DNA of 64,000 nucleotides, from assembly GCA_040876345.1 (NCBI GenBank), contig JBBDPM010000001.1, positions 33,619-97,618 of the forward strand, read 5' to 3'. Of this stretch, positions 10,312-21,746 are shown in pieces. Under the pieces are notes generated by a model, which had not been told where the DNA came from, made no database searches, and saw only the letters and a list, made by a program, of their open reading frames with translations. Both the position numbers and the translations under genes were made by a program. Every line of letters begins with the position of its first letter. Position 1 is the stretch's first letter. Source of the DNA: Candidatus Woykebacteria bacterium. Lineage in GTDB: Bacteria; Patescibacteriota; Microgenomatia; Woykebacterales; RBG-16-39-9b.

Positions 10312-10416
10312 CTTATAAGATTGATTGGAATCGTTCCGTAATTTGACTTGGTTTGGTAAAATACTAAAGTTAGATTCTGGCTCTTGTTCTAGGATATATG
10401 ATTTAAGTTGGATTCA

Positions 10417-10425
10417 TGATATAAT
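10417..10425 (+). promoter_or_regulatory. extended -10 promoter (TGATATAAT) upstream of tuf
   Basis: TG 10417-10418 + TATAAT 10420-10425; SD GAGGAGG before ATG 10479. Confidence 0.45.
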
Positions 10426-10478
10426 CCTACCCTTAGATCATACATCTTATAACTTAAAACCAAAGTTGAGGAGGTAAA

Positions 10479-11669
10479 ATGGCAGAAGCAAAAAAATTTG
10501 AAAGAAATAAGCCTCACGTTAATGTGGGGACGATTGGTCACGTTGACCACGGAAAAACAACTCTGACGGCAGCGATTACAAAATACCTTTCTGGTAAAGG
10601 GGCCGCTGAGTTTAGAAGTTTTGAAACTATTGATAACGCGCCAGAAGAGCGTCAGCGCGGAATTACTATTGCTCTAGCGCACGTTGAATATGAAACAGAA
10701 AAAAGACATTACGCTCACATTGATGCTCCAGGTCACGCCGATTACATAAAGAACATGATTACAGGGGCGGCCCAAATGGATGGCGCCATTCTAGTTGTAT
10801 CTGCAGCCGACGGACCAATGCCGCAAACAAGAGAGCACATTCTGTTGGCTCGTCAGGTCGGTGTACCGGCGATTGTAGTTTTTATGAACAAGGTAGACAC
10901 TGTCGACGACAAGGACCTTCTTGATCTTGTCGAAGAGGAAATTCGCGATCTCCTTTCCAAGTATGAATACCCAGGAAAGGAGATTCCCGTTATTAGGGGC
11001 AGTGCCCTTAAGGCACTTGAAGGAGACGCCGAGGCTGGAAAGAGTATTGAAGAGCTTTTGAAGGCAGTAGATAACTATATTCCAACTCCTACTCGGGACT
11101 TAGATAAGCCATTTTCCATGCCGATTGAGGATGTATTCTCAATAAAAGGTAGAGGCACCGTAGTTACTGGAAGAGCTGAAAGAGGTAAAGTCAAGGTTAA
11201 CGAAGCGGTTGAGATAGTTGGTATCAAACCTAAGACCCAAGCTACTGTCGTCACTGGTGTTGAAATGTTTAGGAAACAGTTGGATGAAGGTCAGGCCGGA
11301 GATAACGTTGGACTCTTGCTTCGAGGAATTGAAAAAGATGATGTTGAACGTGGTCAAGTGGTAGCTGCTCCCGGTAGTATAAAGCCCCACACTGAATTTG
11401 AAGCCGAAGTTTATGTGTTGACTAAAGAGGAAGGCGGTCGTCATACCCCATTTTTCTCAGGGTACAGGCCTCAGTTTTACCTTAGAACTACTGATGTTAC
11501 CGGTGAAATAACTCTTGCTGAAGGTACAGAAATGATCATGCCCGGGGACAATACTAAGATGAAAGCTAAATTAATAGGTCCAGTTGCTCTTGAAGAGGGG
11601 CTAAGGTTTGCTATCCGAGAAGGAGGGCACACCGTTGGAGCAGGCGTTATCACCAAGATAATCGCTTAA
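10479..11669 (+). CDS. tuf: translation elongation factor Tu
   Basis: 396 aa; [21 protein letters not shown] motifs. Confidence 0.97.
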   Translation: MAEAKKFERNKPHVNVGTIGHVDHGKTTLTAAITKYLSGKGAAEFRSFETIDNAPEERQRGITIALAHVEYETEKRHYAHIDAPGHADYIKNMITGAAQMDGAILVVSAADGPMPQTREHILLARQVGVPAIVVFMNKVDTVDDKDLLDLVEEEIRDLLSKYEYPGKEIPVIRGSALKALEGDAEAGKSIEELLKAVDNYIPTPTRDLDKPFSMPIEDVFSIKGRGTVVTGRAERGKVKVNEAVEIVGIKPKTQATVVTGVEMFRKQLDEGQAGDNVGLLLRGIEKDDVERGQVVAAPGSIKPHTEFEAEVYVLTKEEGGRHTPFFSGYRPQFYLRTTDVTGEITLAEGTEMIMPGDNTKMKAKLIGPVALEEGLRFAIREGGHTVGAGVITKIIA

Positions 11670-11695
11670 TTTGTGCTCCCCTTCATAATTTATTT

Positions 11696-12004
11696 ATGCC
11701 AAAAGGTCGTATTAGAGTACGTTTAAAATCTTACGACGCAAGGGTTTTGGATGACTCTGCGGAAGATATATTGGATACAGCCATTCGCACTGGTGCGAAG
11801 GTTGTTGGTCCAGTACCTTTACCGACAGAGCGGGAATCTTTTACTGTGACAACTTCTCCTCACGTAGATAAGGATGCTAGAGAACAGTTTGAGATTAGGA
11901 CTCATAAACGTTTAATCGATATTATCGAGCCAACACCAAAAACCCTCGACTCTCTAATGCATTTGGAGCTTCCCGCAGGTGTAGATATTGAGATAAAGAT
12001 GTAG
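11696..12004 (+). CDS. rpsJ: 30S ribosomal protein S10
   Basis: 102 aa canonical S10. Confidence 0.96.
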   Translation: MPKGRIRVRLKSYDARVLDDSAEDILDTAIRTGAKVVGPVPLPTERESFTVTTSPHVDKDAREQFEIRTHKRLIDIIEPTPKTLDSLMHLELPAGVDIEIKM

Positions 12005-12040
12005 TTAAGAGGTCAAGCATTTAAAAGAGCAACTAAAAAT

Positions 12041-12066
12041 GGACCGGAAGGTCCTTTTTGTTGTTC
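12041..12066 (+). terminator. intrinsic terminator/attenuator hairpin GGACC-ggaa-GGTCC + TTTTTGTTGTTC between rpsJ and rplC
   Basis: perfect 5-bp GC stem, tetraloop, U-rich tail. Confidence 0.5.
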
Positions 12067-12114
12067 TTTATAGGTAAAAAATGGGTACTCCGTTTTTTAC
12101 CCTGAATAACTATT

Positions 12115-12912
12115 ATGGTTAAAGGTTTGATAGGTAAAAAAATAAATATGACGCAAGGGTTCGACTCCCACGGAAGAGCGGCTCCCATAACTCGGGTGTT
12201 AGTTGAGCCAAATTTTGTGATGCAAATAAAGACAGCTGAAGCAGATGGTTATAAGGCAGTCCAGTTGGCGGCGGGGGAATCTAAAAGAGCGCCGAAACCA
12301 CTTTTAGGTCGGATAAAAAAAGCAAACTTAAGTGTAAAACCCACCTCTTTACGGGAAGTCCAATTCGACGGTGATATCAAAACGGGGCAGGAAGTTAGGG
12401 TTGAAGAGGTTTTTGGTAAAGGCAGTCTAGTTGATGTGATTGGAATCTCTAAAGGTAAGGGGTTTGCTGGCGTGGTAAAAAGGTACGGTTTTGCCGGTGG
12501 GCCTCGTACCCATGGTCAATCGGACAGAGAAAGAGCGGGGGGATCAATTGGAGCAACTACCACCCCGGGAAGAGTTTTTAAAGGTACGAGAATGGCCGGG
12601 CACATGGGAGCTGAGAGAGTAAAGATCCAAGGCTTAGAAATTTTAGATATCGATAAAGAAAGTTACATAGTAAATATTAAGGGCTCAGTACCAGGTTCTT
12701 CTGGAAGCCTTGTCCTAATTGAAAAATCAAAGAAAAAGAAAAGAAAGTATCACGAGCCAGAAATTCCGTTGGCCCCGGCCGTCGGTGGGAAAGAGGATAA
12801 GGTAGAATCGTCCGAGGCAGCTGAGGTATCAAGCGGCCAAGAGCAAGCCTCTTCACCGTCAAAGGGGGAAGGGGGAAATGAGGAAAATCATGGAGAAGCA
12901 AACCAAGGTTAA
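12115..12912 (+). CDS. rplC: 50S ribosomal protein L3 with acidic low-complexity C-terminal extension
   Basis: 265 aa; L3 core ~1-205 then K-rich and E/S/G-rich tail. Confidence 0.94.
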   Translation: MVKGLIGKKINMTQGFDSHGRAAPITRVLVEPNFVMQIKTAEADGYKAVQLAAGESKRAPKPLLGRIKKANLSVKPTSLREVQFDGDIKTGQEVRVEEVFGKGSLVDVIGISKGKGFAGVVKRYGFAGGPRTHGQSDRERAGGSIGATTTPGRVFKGTRMAGHMGAERVKIQGLEILDIDKESYIVNIKGSVPGSSGSLVLIEKSKKKKRKYHEPEIPLAPAVGGKEDKVESSEAAEVSSGQEQASSPSKGEGGNEENHGEANQG

Positions 12913-13603
12913 GAAAACAAAAGAGAAAGTTGAAGCAAAGCCTTCAAGGAGTAAAGTTCTTAAGGCGCCACTCTTTAGTGGTGAGGGGGAATTGATCGGT
13001 GAGATAAGTTTAAACACTGAGATTTTTGGTAATAAAGTAAACGAGAAACTTATCGCTCAGGCTCTGCGGGTATACCTAGCAAATCAAAGGTTGGGAGCAG
13101 CCTCTACTAAAACGCGCTCCGAAGTAGAGGGCAGTGGGGCTAAACCTTGGCGGCAAAAGGGGACGGGACGAGCACGAGCTGGTTCTAAAAGAGCTCCTCA
13201 TTGGAAGGGTGGCGGGGTCGCCCACGGACCAAGGCCAAAGTCGTTTAATTTAGAATTGCCTAAAAAAATGAAGAGGAAGGCTCTATTATCGGCACTATCG
13301 GCAAAAGCTTCTGAAAATGAAATTGTCATAATAGATAAGATAGTTTTCAAGGAGCCGAAAACAAAGACAGCGGCAAATCTTCTGGCGAAGATGCGAGTTA
13401 AGGGGAAAAGCTTAGTTATTCTCGAAAGTAAGGATGAAGCAGTAAAAAAGTCTTTTAATAATCTACCCAAAACTAATACCGAACCCGTAGAGAATTTAAC
13501 TACGTATGAGATTTTAAATAACAAGAGTTTGATTTTTACTAAGAGGGCCCTGGAAAAAGCCGACAATTGGTATATAGGAGGAGGCAGCCTTGGAAGTAAA
13601 TAA
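12878..13603 (+). CDS. rplD: 50S ribosomal protein L4 with lysine-rich N-terminal extension (overlaps rplC 3' end)
   Basis: 241 aa; L4 core from ~aa 28; alternative Met at 12890. Confidence 0.92.
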   Translation: MRKIMEKQTKVKKTKEKVEAKPSRSKVLKAPLFSGEGELIGEISLNTEIFGNKVNEKLIAQALRVYLANQRLGAASTKTRSEVEGSGAKPWRQKGTGRARAGSKRAPHWKGGGVAHGPRPKSFNLELPKKMKRKALLSALSAKASENEIVIIDKIVFKEPKTKTAANLLAKMRVKGKSLVILESKDEAVKKSFNNLPKTNTEPVENLTTYEILNNKSLIFTKRALEKADNWYIGGGSLGSK

Positions 13604-13883
13604 GATTATTATAAAACCGACTATTTCTGAAAGAAGTTTGAAGGGGGAAGAGGCTGGAAAGTATGTTTTTGAGGTAGCCAAAGCGGCTACTAAAAAAAGT
13701 ATTGCAAAGGCAATGAAAGAAAAATTCGGTGTTGATGTGGTAAAAGTTCAGACAAGATTGGTAAAAGGACGCTCGAGAAGAATGACTAAAGGCAGATCCA
13801 GAGTTAAGATCGGCCCAATTAAAAGAGCAACTATTCAGTTGGTAGAGGGGCAAAAGTTAGCTATATTTGAAGGTAAAAAGTAA
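13590..13883 (+). CDS. rplW: 50S ribosomal protein L23
   Basis: 97 aa canonical L23. Confidence 0.95.
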   Translation: MEVNKIIIKPTISERSLKGEEAGKYVFEVAKAATKKSIAKAMKEKFGVDVVKVQTRLVKGRSRRMTKGRSRVKIGPIKRATIQLVEGQKLAIFEGKK

Positions 13884-14710
13884 TGGCAATCAAAAAATCA
13901 CCAGGAAAAATAACATCTAGAAGATTTATGACTTCGGTAGCTGAAAAGTTGATAAAGTCGCGGCCCTTAAAGTCTCGCACATCCCCCCTTGTTAAAACCG
14001 GCGGGCGAGACGCCCGAGGTAGGATAAGTGTTCGCCATATTGGTGGCCGGCATAAAAGGCTTTATCGGGAAATAGATTTCAAGCGGGATAAATTTAATAT
14101 TCAAGCCAATGTAGCTTCCATAGAGTATGATCCAAACCGAACTGCTAATATTGCTTTGTTGAACTACGTGGATGGCGAAAAAAGATATATAATTGCCCCG
14201 GAAGGTTTAGAGAGCGGCGATAAAGTAATTTCGGGAGAGAGTGTTGATCTAAGTGTGGGCAACGCCGCACCCCTTAAAAATATACCGATTGGAACTGAAG
14301 TTCACAACGTCGAACTCACTCCCGGTAGAGGTGGGCAGTTTGCTAAATCGGCCGGTGCAAAGGTAGTGTTAATGGCAAAAGAGGGCGGATTTGCGCATTT
14401 AAAAATGCCTTCCGGAGAAATACGCAAGGTTCCGGAAAGGTCCATGGCAACCGTCGGAGTTGTTAGTAAACTGGACTGGAAAAATATAACCTTAGGTAAA
14501 GCCGGAAGGAAGAGACACATGGGTATAAGACCAACCGTTAGAGGAGTTGCAATGTCGCCTCGTGACCATCCCCATGGTGGTGGAGAAGGAAGAAGTGGTA
14601 TTGGAATGAGTTCTCCAAAAAGCCCTTGGGGTAAGAAGACACTAGGTAAAAAAACTAGAAAGAAAAACAAGTCATCGAATAAGCTAATACTTGAAAGAAG
14701 GAAAAAATAA
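13883..14710 (+). CDS. rplB: 50S ribosomal protein L2
   Basis: 275 aa canonical L2. Confidence 0.97.
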   Translation: MAIKKSPGKITSRRFMTSVAEKLIKSRPLKSRTSPLVKTGGRDARGRISVRHIGGRHKRLYREIDFKRDKFNIQANVASIEYDPNRTANIALLNYVDGEKRYIIAPEGLESGDKVISGESVDLSVGNAAPLKNIPIGTEVHNVELTPGRGGQFAKSAGAKVVLMAKEGGFAHLKMPSGEIRKVPERSMATVGVVSKLDWKNITLGKAGRKRHMGIRPTVRGVAMSPRDHPHGGGEGRSGIGMSSPKSPWGKKTLGKKTRKKNKSSNKLILERRKK

Positions 14711-14713
14711 TTT

Positions 14714-14998
14714 ATGGCAAGATCTTTAAAAAAAGGACCATACGTTGACCAAAAATTGCTAAAAAAAGTGAAAACAGCTAAAGGGAGCGGCTCAAGAGAC
14801 CCTATTAAAACCTGGTCGCGAAGATCCCAAATATCACCGGATATGGTAGGGGTTACTTTATCAGTTCACAACGGGAAAAATTTTATTGCCGTTTTTATTA
14901 CTGAGCCGATGGTTGGCCACCGGTTAGGGGAGTTCTCCCCAACCCGGACTTTTAGGGGCCATGGTAACGTGGCAAAAAGGACTTTGTCGGCGACATAA
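14714..14998 (+). CDS. rpsS: 30S ribosomal protein S19
   Basis: 94 aa canonical S19. Confidence 0.96.
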   Translation: MARSLKKGPYVDQKLLKKVKTAKGSGSRDPIKTWSRRSQISPDMVGVTLSVHNGKNFIAVFITEPMVGHRLGEFSPTRTFRGHGNVAKRTLSAT

Positions 14999-15011
14999 GG
15001 ATTAAGGATTT

Positions 15012-15353
15012 ATGGAAGTCGAAGCATCAAGTAACAACATTAGAATATCACCAAGAAAGGTTAGGCTAGTTGCCGAAGGCCTTGCTGGGAAAAGGGTGTT
15101 GGAAGCCCTAGAGACGCTTCGTTTTGTCCCAAAGAAAGCAAGCAGCCCCCTTTCAAAGGTAATAAAATCAGCTCTAAGTAACGCTACGAACAACAATAAA
15201 TTAGACGAGAAGAAAATTGTCATTAAAGAAATAATTGTTAATGAGGGGCCAAGACTGAAGCGTTACTTGCCAAGAAGTAGAGGTATGGCCCATCCAATTT
15301 TAAAAAGAACCACCCACGTTAGGGTGGTAGTTGAAGAAAGGGAGGGTAAGTAG
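15012..15353 (+). CDS. rplV: 50S ribosomal protein L22
   Basis: 113 aa canonical L22. Confidence 0.95.
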   Translation: MEVEASSNNIRISPRKVRLVAEGLAGKRVLEALETLRFVPKKASSPLSKVIKSALSNATNNNKLDEKKIVIKEIIVNEGPRLKRYLPRSRGMAHPILKRTTHVRVVVEEREGK

Positions 15354-15992
15354 ATGGGCCAAAAAGTCCACCCTAAGGCCTTCCGGTTAGCAAAAGATTT
15401 TGGTTGGAGCAGCCTTTGGTTTGCAGAGAGGAAAAGGTATAAGGAGTTTTTAGAGCAAGATGTCAAGATAAGAAGCTACATAATGGCTAGACTCAAAGCA
15501 GCCGGTGTCTCCCACGTTGTTATTGAGCGCTCGATAAATAAATTGAATATCATAATTTATGTTGCCCGGCCCGGTATGGTAATTGGACGCTCTGGCGCTG
15601 GCGTTGAAGATCTAAGAAAATCAATTGATGAGTTAGTCGGTCAGAAAGTTAGTTTGAATATCGAAGAGATTCGAGTACCTGATCTAGACGCTTACCTAGT
15701 GGCCCGTAGCGTCGCCGACCAAATAGAAAGAAGGCTTCCAGTTAAAAAAATTATGGCTACATCAGTGTCTAGAGTGATGAGGTCTGGAGCAGCTGGGGTG
15801 AAAATACTTTGCAGCGGTCGGATTGGTGGTCGGGAAATTGCCCGGAAAGAAAAGTTGGTGGAAGGCAGTATTCCCCTGGCAACCCTCCGAGCCGATATTG
15901 ACTTTGCAGTGGTACCGGCTAGAACAGCCACTGCCGGTGTGGTGGGGGTAAAGGTATGGATTTACAAAAAACCACCAAAAACTAAGGATTAG
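15354..15992 (+). CDS. rpsC: 30S ribosomal protein S3
   Basis: 212 aa; KH + S3-C domains. Confidence 0.96.
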   Translation: MGQKVHPKAFRLAKDFGWSSLWFAERKRYKEFLEQDVKIRSYIMARLKAAGVSHVVIERSINKLNIIIYVARPGMVIGRSGAGVEDLRKSIDELVGQKVSLNIEEIRVPDLDAYLVARSVADQIERRLPVKKIMATSVSRVMRSGAAGVKILCSGRIGGREIARKEKLVEGSIPLATLRADIDFAVVPARTATAGVVGVKVWIYKKPPKTKD

Positions 15993-15995
15993 TAA

Positions 15996-16412
15996 ATGTT
16001 ACAACCAAAAAGAGTAAAATTTAGAAGAGTTTTTAGAGGCAACATGGGTGGTGTTGCTACGCGGGGGGCCACCATTGAGTTTGGGGAATACGCCTTGAAG
16101 GCCCAGGCGGCCGGCTGGCTAACGGCCAGGCAGATAGAAGCGGCGCGAAGATCGATAACCCACTATACAAAAAGGGGCGGTCGACTTTGGATAAGAGTTT
16201 TTCCCGACAAGCCCGTCACTAAAAAACCACCCGAGACTCGAATGGGGTCGGGAAAGGGTGCAGTGGATCACTATATTGCTGTAGTAAAACCCGGCTCGGT
16301 TATTTTTGAAGTTGGCGGAGTACCTAGAAACGTAGCTGCAGAAGCAATGAGATTAGCCGGCAGAAAACTACCATTAGAGGTGCGGTTTGTTGTGAAAGAG
16401 GAAGTTTTATGA
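15996..16412 (+). CDS. rplP: 50S ribosomal protein L16
   Basis: 138 aa canonical L16. Confidence 0.96.
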   Translation: MLQPKRVKFRRVFRGNMGGVATRGATIEFGEYALKAQAAGWLTARQIEAARRSITHYTKRGGRLWIRVFPDKPVTKKPPETRMGSGKGAVDHYIAVVKPGSVIFEVGGVPRNVAAEAMRLAGRKLPLEVRFVVKEEVL

Positions 16413-16606
16413 AAAAGAAAAAATTAGAGACCCGAGATTTAAACGAGTTAAAAGAACTTTTATTAAAAGGCCAAAAGGATTTGGTAGATCTTAGAATCCA
16501 AAACACTACTCGCAAACTTAAAAACCCGCACGAGATTAATTTAAAAAGAAAAGAAATTGCAAGAATTATTACAAAAATGAACGAAGGGCACCTGGCGAAA
16601 CCATGA
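16409..16606 (+). CDS. rpmC: 50S ribosomal protein L29
   Basis: 65 aa canonical L29. Confidence 0.92.
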   Translation: MKKKKLETRDLNELKELLLKGQKDLVDLRIQNTTRKLKNPHEINLKRKEIARIITKMNEGHLAKP

Positions 16607-16821
16607 TCGGAATAGTTTTAAGAAAAAAATTAGAAAAAACAGTGGTGGTGGAGGTGGATAGATTGGTCGTCCACCCACTGTATAAAAAAAGGATAAAAAG
16701 AAGAAAAAGGTACCTTGCGCACGATAATTTGGGTGTTAAAGAGGGACAAAGGGTGGTTATAAAGCCCACCAAACCAATATCGAAAAGAAAGAAATTTGTT
16801 ATCGCGGAGATATTAAAATGA
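16603..16821 (+). CDS. rpsQ: 30S ribosomal protein S17
   Basis: 72 aa canonical S17. Confidence 0.93.
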   Translation: MIGIVLRKKLEKTVVVEVDRLVVHPLYKKRIKRRKRYLAHDNLGVKEGQRVVIKPTKPISKRKKFVIAEILK

Positions 16822-17186
16822 TACAGAAAAGAACAATTCTTAATGTCGCTGACAATTCTGGCGCAAAAAGTTTAGTGGTTATTGGGATTCCTGGTAGAAG
16901 TAACCAAAGATTTGCAAGACTTGGAGACGTTGTTACTTGTGTGGTAAGGAAGGCAGATCCTTCCGGTAACGTTAAAGATTCTGAAATAGTTAAAGCCTTG
17001 GTGGTACGTACTAGAAAGGAAAAAAGACGCGATGATGGCTCTTACATAAGGTTTGATGATAACGCGGCCGTCGTTATTGATAACTCAGGGGTGCCAAAGG
17101 CCACTCGTATTTTTGGTCCGGTGGGCCGCGAGATAAGAGAAGGCGGGTTTTTGAAAATTGTTTCATTAGCCCCGGAGGTAGTTTAA
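16818..17186 (+). CDS. rplN: 50S ribosomal protein L14
   Basis: 122 aa canonical L14. Confidence 0.96.
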   Translation: MIQKRTILNVADNSGAKSLVVIGIPGRSNQRFARLGDVVTCVVRKADPSGNVKDSEIVKALVVRTRKEKRRDDGSYIRFDDNAAVVIDNSGVPKATRIFGPVGREIREGGFLKIVSLAPEVV

Positions 17187-17495
17187 ATGAAGATTAAGAC
17201 AGGTGATCAAGTACTCGTTTTGGTTGGTAAAGATAAAGGTAAAAAAGGCAAGGTTGAGAAATCTTTACCTAAAATAAATAAAGTCTTAGTTGGCGGTATT
17301 AATGTTTATAAAAAACACCAAAAGCCGCAAGGCAAGACTTTGCAGGGTGGAATCATCGACCTAGCTAAACCAATTAATGTCACAAACGTTGCTTTGATAT
17401 GTCCAAAATGCAACTTGCCTACTAAAGTTAGTTACCGGACAGGGGATAAAAAAAAGGATAGGATCTGCAAGAAATGTAAGCAGGTAATTGAATAA
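17187..17495 (+). CDS. rplX: 50S ribosomal protein L24 with C-terminal C4 zinc-ribbon-like tail
   Basis: 102 aa; KOW domain then CPKC...CKKC. Confidence 0.93.
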   Translation: MKIKTGDQVLVLVGKDKGKKGKVEKSLPKINKVLVGGINVYKKHQKPQGKTLQGGIIDLAKPINVTNVALICPKCNLPTKVSYRTGDKKKDRICKKCKQVIE

Positions 17496-17501
17496 AAAGC
17501 T

Positions 17502-18029
17502 ATGAAAGAAACTCTAACTCAAAAAAAAGAAGATTTGGCAAAAGAATTGGAAATAAAAAATATCATGGCGATTCCAAGGATTGAAAAGATCATCGTCAAC
17601 GTAGGGTTTGGAGCCCTTTTGGGTGACCAAAAAGCGATTGATAACTGCTTTGAGAATTTGAAAAAAATCACTGGGCAAAAACCAGCTGAAACTAAGGCCA
17701 AAAAAGCGATTGCCTCCTTCAAGATAAGAGAGGACCAAGTAGTGGGTGCCAAAGTTACTCTTAGAGGTAAGAAAATGGTTGATTTCTTTCAAAAATTAGT
17801 TAGTATAGTTCTACCAAGAGTTAGGGATTTTCGTGGTCTTCCAAACACGGCAATGGATGGTAAGGGAAACTACACCCTTGGGTTTAGTGAAATAAATGTT
17901 TTTCCAGAAATTGAATATACCAAAAGCGAGAGACAGACTGGCCTGGAGATAACAATTAAAACTAGCGCCAAGGATAATAACGAAGGAAAAAAACTTCTGG
18001 AATTTTTAGGAATGCCTTTTAAGAAATGA
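17502..18029 (+). CDS. rplE: 50S ribosomal protein L5
   Basis: 175 aa canonical L5. Confidence 0.96.
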   Translation: MKETLTQKKEDLAKELEIKNIMAIPRIEKIIVNVGFGALLGDQKAIDNCFENLKKITGQKPAETKAKKAIASFKIREDQVVGAKVTLRGKKMVDFFQKLVSIVLPRVRDFRGLPNTAMDGKGNYTLGFSEINVFPEIEYTKSERQTGLEITIKTSAKDNNEGKKLLEFLGMPFKK

Positions 18030-18039
18030 GGCAAAAATT

Positions 18040-18225
18040 ATGGCTAAGAAAGCATTAATTGAAAAATCAAAAAGAAAACCAAAATTTGCAGTCAGAGCCT
18101 ACAATCGGTGTTTAATTTGTGGCCGTCCTCGGGCTTACATGAGAAAATTTGGTCTTTGCCGAATTTGTTTCAGAAATCTTGCCCACAAAGGTGAACTGCC
18201 AGGTGTAGTTAAATCTAGTTGGTAA
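18040..18225 (+). CDS. rpsZ: 30S ribosomal protein S14, zinc-binding type Z
   Basis: 61 aa; CxxC...CxxC (CLICGRP...CRIC). Confidence 0.95.
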   Translation: MAKKALIEKSKRKPKFAVRAYNRCLICGRPRAYMRKFGLCRICFRNLAHKGELPGVVKSSW

Positions 18226-18614
18226 TTATGGATACAGTAGCTGATATGTTGACAATAATAAGAAATGGTTACTTGGCGAGAAAGATCCAAGTCGTCTCTC
18301 CTCATTCTAAAGCCAAGGAGGAAATTGCCAAAAAACTCCTAAAGATTGGGTTTTTAGATCACGTGGCAGTTAAAAAGGACGAAAACAGGATCAATCTTAT
18401 TATCAAACTTAAGTACGAGAACGGTGAGCCGGTCCTGACGCATCTCAAAAGGATTTCAAAACCGGGTCTGCGGATTTACAAAGCTAAAAGGGAACTAAAA
18501 CCAGTGCTTGGAGGAATCGGCTTCGCCTTGTTGTCGACCTCTCGGGGAATTATGACTAATAAAGAAGCCCACCAGAAGGGTATTGGTGGAGAAATTGTTT
18601 GTGAGGTATGGTAA
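18219..18614 (+). CDS. rpsH: 30S ribosomal protein S8
   Basis: 131 aa canonical S8. Confidence 0.96.
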   Translation: MVIMDTVADMLTIIRNGYLARKIQVVSPHSKAKEEIAKKLLKIGFLDHVAVKKDENRINLIIKLKYENGEPVLTHLKRISKPGLRIYKAKRELKPVLGGIGFALLSTSRGIMTNKEAHQKGIGGEIVCEVW

Positions 18615-18617
18615 AAA

Positions 18618-19163
18618 ATGAGTAAAATAGGAAACTTACCAATAAAGATTCCACAAGGAGTGGAAGTTACAATTGAAAAACAGAAAGCCTTAGTTAAGGG
18701 ATCAAAGGGCGAATTAGTAGTATCTGTGCCCAAGGATATTAACATCGAAATGACGCAGGATATTTTGGTAGTTAAAAGGTCCAATGATTTTAAGGAGACA
18801 AAAGCATTACACGGGCTGATCAGAAGCTTAATTAATAACGCCATTTTGGGAGTTTCTGAGGGCTTTAAGAAAACTTTAGAGCTCTCAGGAGTGGGATTTC
18901 GGGCTATTCTGCAAGGAGAAAAATTGACGCTTTCATTAGGCTATTCGCATCCGGTTGAGGTAGAGAAACCTGAAGGTGTGAGTTTTTCTGTTGCCGAAAA
19001 CAAAATAACTGTTTTGGGAATAGATAAAGGGCTTGTCGGTAATACCGCTGCAAAATTAAGGAAAATTAGACCAGCCGAACCCTACAAAGGTAAAGGAATA
19101 AAATACGAGGGCGAGACGATTAGAAGGAAGAGCGGTAAAGCTCAAGCGGCAGGAGGAAAATAA
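18618..19163 (+). CDS. rplF: 50S ribosomal protein L6
   Basis: 181 aa canonical L6. Confidence 0.96.
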   Translation: MSKIGNLPIKIPQGVEVTIEKQKALVKGSKGELVVSVPKDINIEMTQDILVVKRSNDFKETKALHGLIRSLINNAILGVSEGFKKTLELSGVGFRAILQGEKLTLSLGYSHPVEVEKPEGVSFSVAENKITVLGIDKGLVGNTAAKLRKIRPAEPYKGKGIKYEGETIRRKSGKAQAAGGK

Positions 19164-19166
19164 TCT

Positions 19167-19511
19167 ATGGAAAACCTTTCTGGTAGAAGCCTAAGACAAA
19201 AAAGAGTTAGAGCAAAAATAAAGGGTGATCAAGAACGTCCAAGATTAAACGTGTTTCGTTCTAATAAGCATATCTATGGAGCGTTGGTAAACGACCGGGT
19301 TGGCAAAACTTTACTTTCGGCAACCGATAGAGAGATTGGCGAAAAGGGAAAAACAAAAACCGAACTTGCCTTTAATCTTGGGGTTTTGATTGGTAGCAAA
19401 GCAGTCGCAAAAAAGATAAAAAGCGTAGTTTTTGATCGGGCCGGCTACAGATATCACGGCCGGGTAAAAGCTTTCGCTGAGGGTGCCCGAAAGGGAGGTT
19501 TGAAGTTCTAA
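19167..19511 (+). CDS. rplR: 50S ribosomal protein L18
   Basis: 114 aa canonical L18. Confidence 0.95.
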   Translation: MENLSGRSLRQKRVRAKIKGDQERPRLNVFRSNKHIYGALVNDRVGKTLLSATDREIGEKGKTKTELAFNLGVLIGSKAVAKKIKSVVFDRAGYRYHGRVKAFAEGARKGGLKF

Positions 19512-20021
19512 ATGGAAGAGTATATACCAGAGGCAGAATTTGAAGAAAAAATTGTTCAAGTAAACCGAGTCTCCAAAAAAACAAAGGGTGGAAACAAGAT
19601 TGGGTTTTCGGTTCTTGTTGTCGTTGGTGATAAACGCGGAAGAGTTGGGGTTGGTCTTGGAAAAGCACCAACTGTGCAAGCTGCAATTAAAAAAGGGGTG
19701 AGCTACGCAAAAAAACACCTCATCAAGGTACCGATGGTTGAAACAACAATACCGCACGAAATTTTTGTTAAAAAAGGGGCTGCCAAAGTGTTTATGAGAC
19801 CAGCTTCGGCTGGGACAGGCGTTATTGCGGGTGGCGCCGTGCGAGCTGTAGTTGAAGCCGCCGGTATAAAAGATATCCTTTCTAAGGTATTGGGTACCTC
19901 CAATCAAGCATCAAATGTCTACGCTACAATTTATGCTCTAGGCAAACTAAAAGAAAAAAAGCACTTTTCTGTTTCAAAGGTCAGTATAAAAAGTGAGACG
20001 GGAGCTGAAAAGATAAAATGA
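19512..20021 (+). CDS. rpsE: 30S ribosomal protein S5
   Basis: 169 aa canonical S5; directly followed by L15 (no L30 gene). Confidence 0.96.
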   Translation: MEEYIPEAEFEEKIVQVNRVSKKTKGGNKIGFSVLVVVGDKRGRVGVGLGKAPTVQAAIKKGVSYAKKHLIKVPMVETTIPHEIFVKKGAAKVFMRPASAGTGVIAGGAVRAVVEAAGIKDILSKVLGTSNQASNVYATIYALGKLKEKKHFSVSKVSIKSETGAEKIK

Positions 20022-20458
20022 AACTTTCAGAATTAAAAACAATGAACTTAAATAAGAAGAGATCAAAAAGGGTTGGCCGGGGCGAGTCTTCTGGTAAAGG
20101 GAAAACATCTGGTCGGGGAATGAAAGGTCAAAGGGCAAGGGGTTCGGTAAAGACTGAGTTTGAGGGGGGCCAACTACCGATAATTAAAAGATTGCCTTTT
20201 AAGAGAGGCGTTGGTAACACGAGTTTGGTGAGGAAAAGGGCAATTACTCTTGATCAACTAGAAAAATTTGAAAAAGGCTCAACCGTAGACGTCGAATTCT
20301 TAAGAAAAAATAATTTAATCCCCAAAGGAAAAAGATTGTCCGTAAAAGTTGTGGCGTCTGGAGAAATAACCAAGCCTTTGATTGTTAAATTAAGAGTGAG
20401 CAAAAAAGCCAAAATTTTAATTGAAAAAGTAAAGGGTAAGGTGGAGGATAATGCTTAG
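20018..20458 (+). CDS. rplO: 50S ribosomal protein L15
   Basis: 146 aa canonical L15. Confidence 0.95.
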   Translation: MKLSELKTMNLNKKRSKRVGRGESSGKGKTSGRGMKGQRARGSVKTEFEGGQLPIIKRLPFKRGVGNTSLVRKRAITLDQLEKFEKGSTVDVEFLRKNNLIPKGKRLSVKVVASGEITKPLIVKLRVSKKAKILIEKVKGKVEDNA

Positions 20459-21746
20459 AATTTTGCGAGATATTTTAAAAAGTCCAGATTTGCGAGGTAA
20501 GATTCTTTTTACCTTAATGATAATGGTGATTTTCCGCGTCCTCGCTTTCATACCAGTGCCCGGAGTAGATCCTGGAGCACTTCGGGGTCTTTTTTCGACC
20601 AGTGGATCGTTTGAACAAGTTTTACGTCTTCTTGACCTTTTTTCTGGTGGTACACTTCTAAACTTTTCGATTGTGGCCCTTGGCTTGAACCCTTACATTA
20701 ATGCATCGATTATCATGCAGCTTTTAGGGGTAGTTATTCCAAAGCTTGAAGAACTCCAAAAAGAGGGTGATTATGGTCGGCAAAAGATAAATCAGTACAC
20801 CCGGTATATAGCCCTACCGCTAGCTTTGGTTCAGGCTTACGGGGTGATTATTCTAATTCGCCGAAACGCCCCTGAATTTTTAGGAGACTCCAATCCCATC
20901 GCCCTCTTAACAATAATGATTACGATAGCGGCCGGCACGCTGCTTTTAATGTGGCTTGGTGAGCTTATTACAGAGAATGGAATCGGAAATGGTATTTCGA
21001 TGCTTATCTTTGCAGGTATAGTAGCAAGAATCCCGGTGAACTTTGGACAGACCGCTTACATATTTAACCCCCAAAATATATCCAATCTTTTGTTAGTTGT
21101 CGGTCTGGGGTTGGCGGTTATAGTTGTGACTGTTCTTATAAACGAGGGGCACCGGAGAATTTTGATTCAGTATGCGAGAAGAGTTCGCGGAAACAGATTA
21201 TATGGTGGGCAAAGCACCCACTTGCCAATTCGGGTTAACCAGGCTGGCGTTATTCCAATAATTTTTGCGGTGTCGATAATACTATTGCCGGGTATGCTAG
21301 GGGAATTTTTTTCCTCGGCCACCAACCCTTTAATTGCTAATGCAGCGAGTGCAATAAAAGACTTTTTCAGCAACACCTACTACTATTCAGCTATTTATTT
21401 TGTGCTGGTGTTGGTTTTCACATATTTTTACACTGCTGTGAGTTTTAACCCAACAAAAGTAGCCGACGAGATAAAGAAATATGGCGGTTTTGTTCCCGGT
21501 ATCAGACCAGGTAGAGCGACAGCCGAGTATTTAGGGAATATTCTTAATAGAATTACTTTAGTTGGAGGAATATTTTTAGGCGCGATTGCTATTTTACCCT
21601 TCCTGGTACAAGATTTTACTGGTATTAGTACTCTGGCTTTAGGTGGTACGAGTCTTCTAATCGTAGTCTCAGTTATTATTGAAACTACCAAGCAGCTAGA
21701 ATCTCAGCTGATAATGCGCTCGTACGAGGGGTTTCTTTATCAATGA
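20451..21746 (+). CDS. secY: preprotein translocase subunit SecY
   Basis: 431 aa, 10 TM helices, conserved SecY plug/TM2 region. Confidence 0.96.
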   Translation: MLRILRDILKSPDLRGKILFTLMIMVIFRVLAFIPVPGVDPGALRGLFSTSGSFEQVLRLLDLFSGGTLLNFSIVALGLNPYINASIIMQLLGVVIPKLEELQKEGDYGRQKINQYTRYIALPLALVQAYGVIILIRRNAPEFLGDSNPIALLTIMITIAAGTLLLMWLGELITENGIGNGISMLIFAGIVARIPVNFGQTAYIFNPQNISNLLLVVGLGLAVIVVTVLINEGHRRILIQYARRVRGNRLYGGQSTHLPIRVNQAGVIPIIFAVSIILLPGMLGEFFSSATNPLIANAASAIKDFFSNTYYYSAIYFVLVLVFTYFYTAVSFNPTKVADEIKKYGGFVPGIRPGRATAEYLGNILNRITLVGGIFLGAIAILPFLVQDFTGISTLALGGTSLLIVVSVIIETTKQLESQLIMRSYEGFLYQ

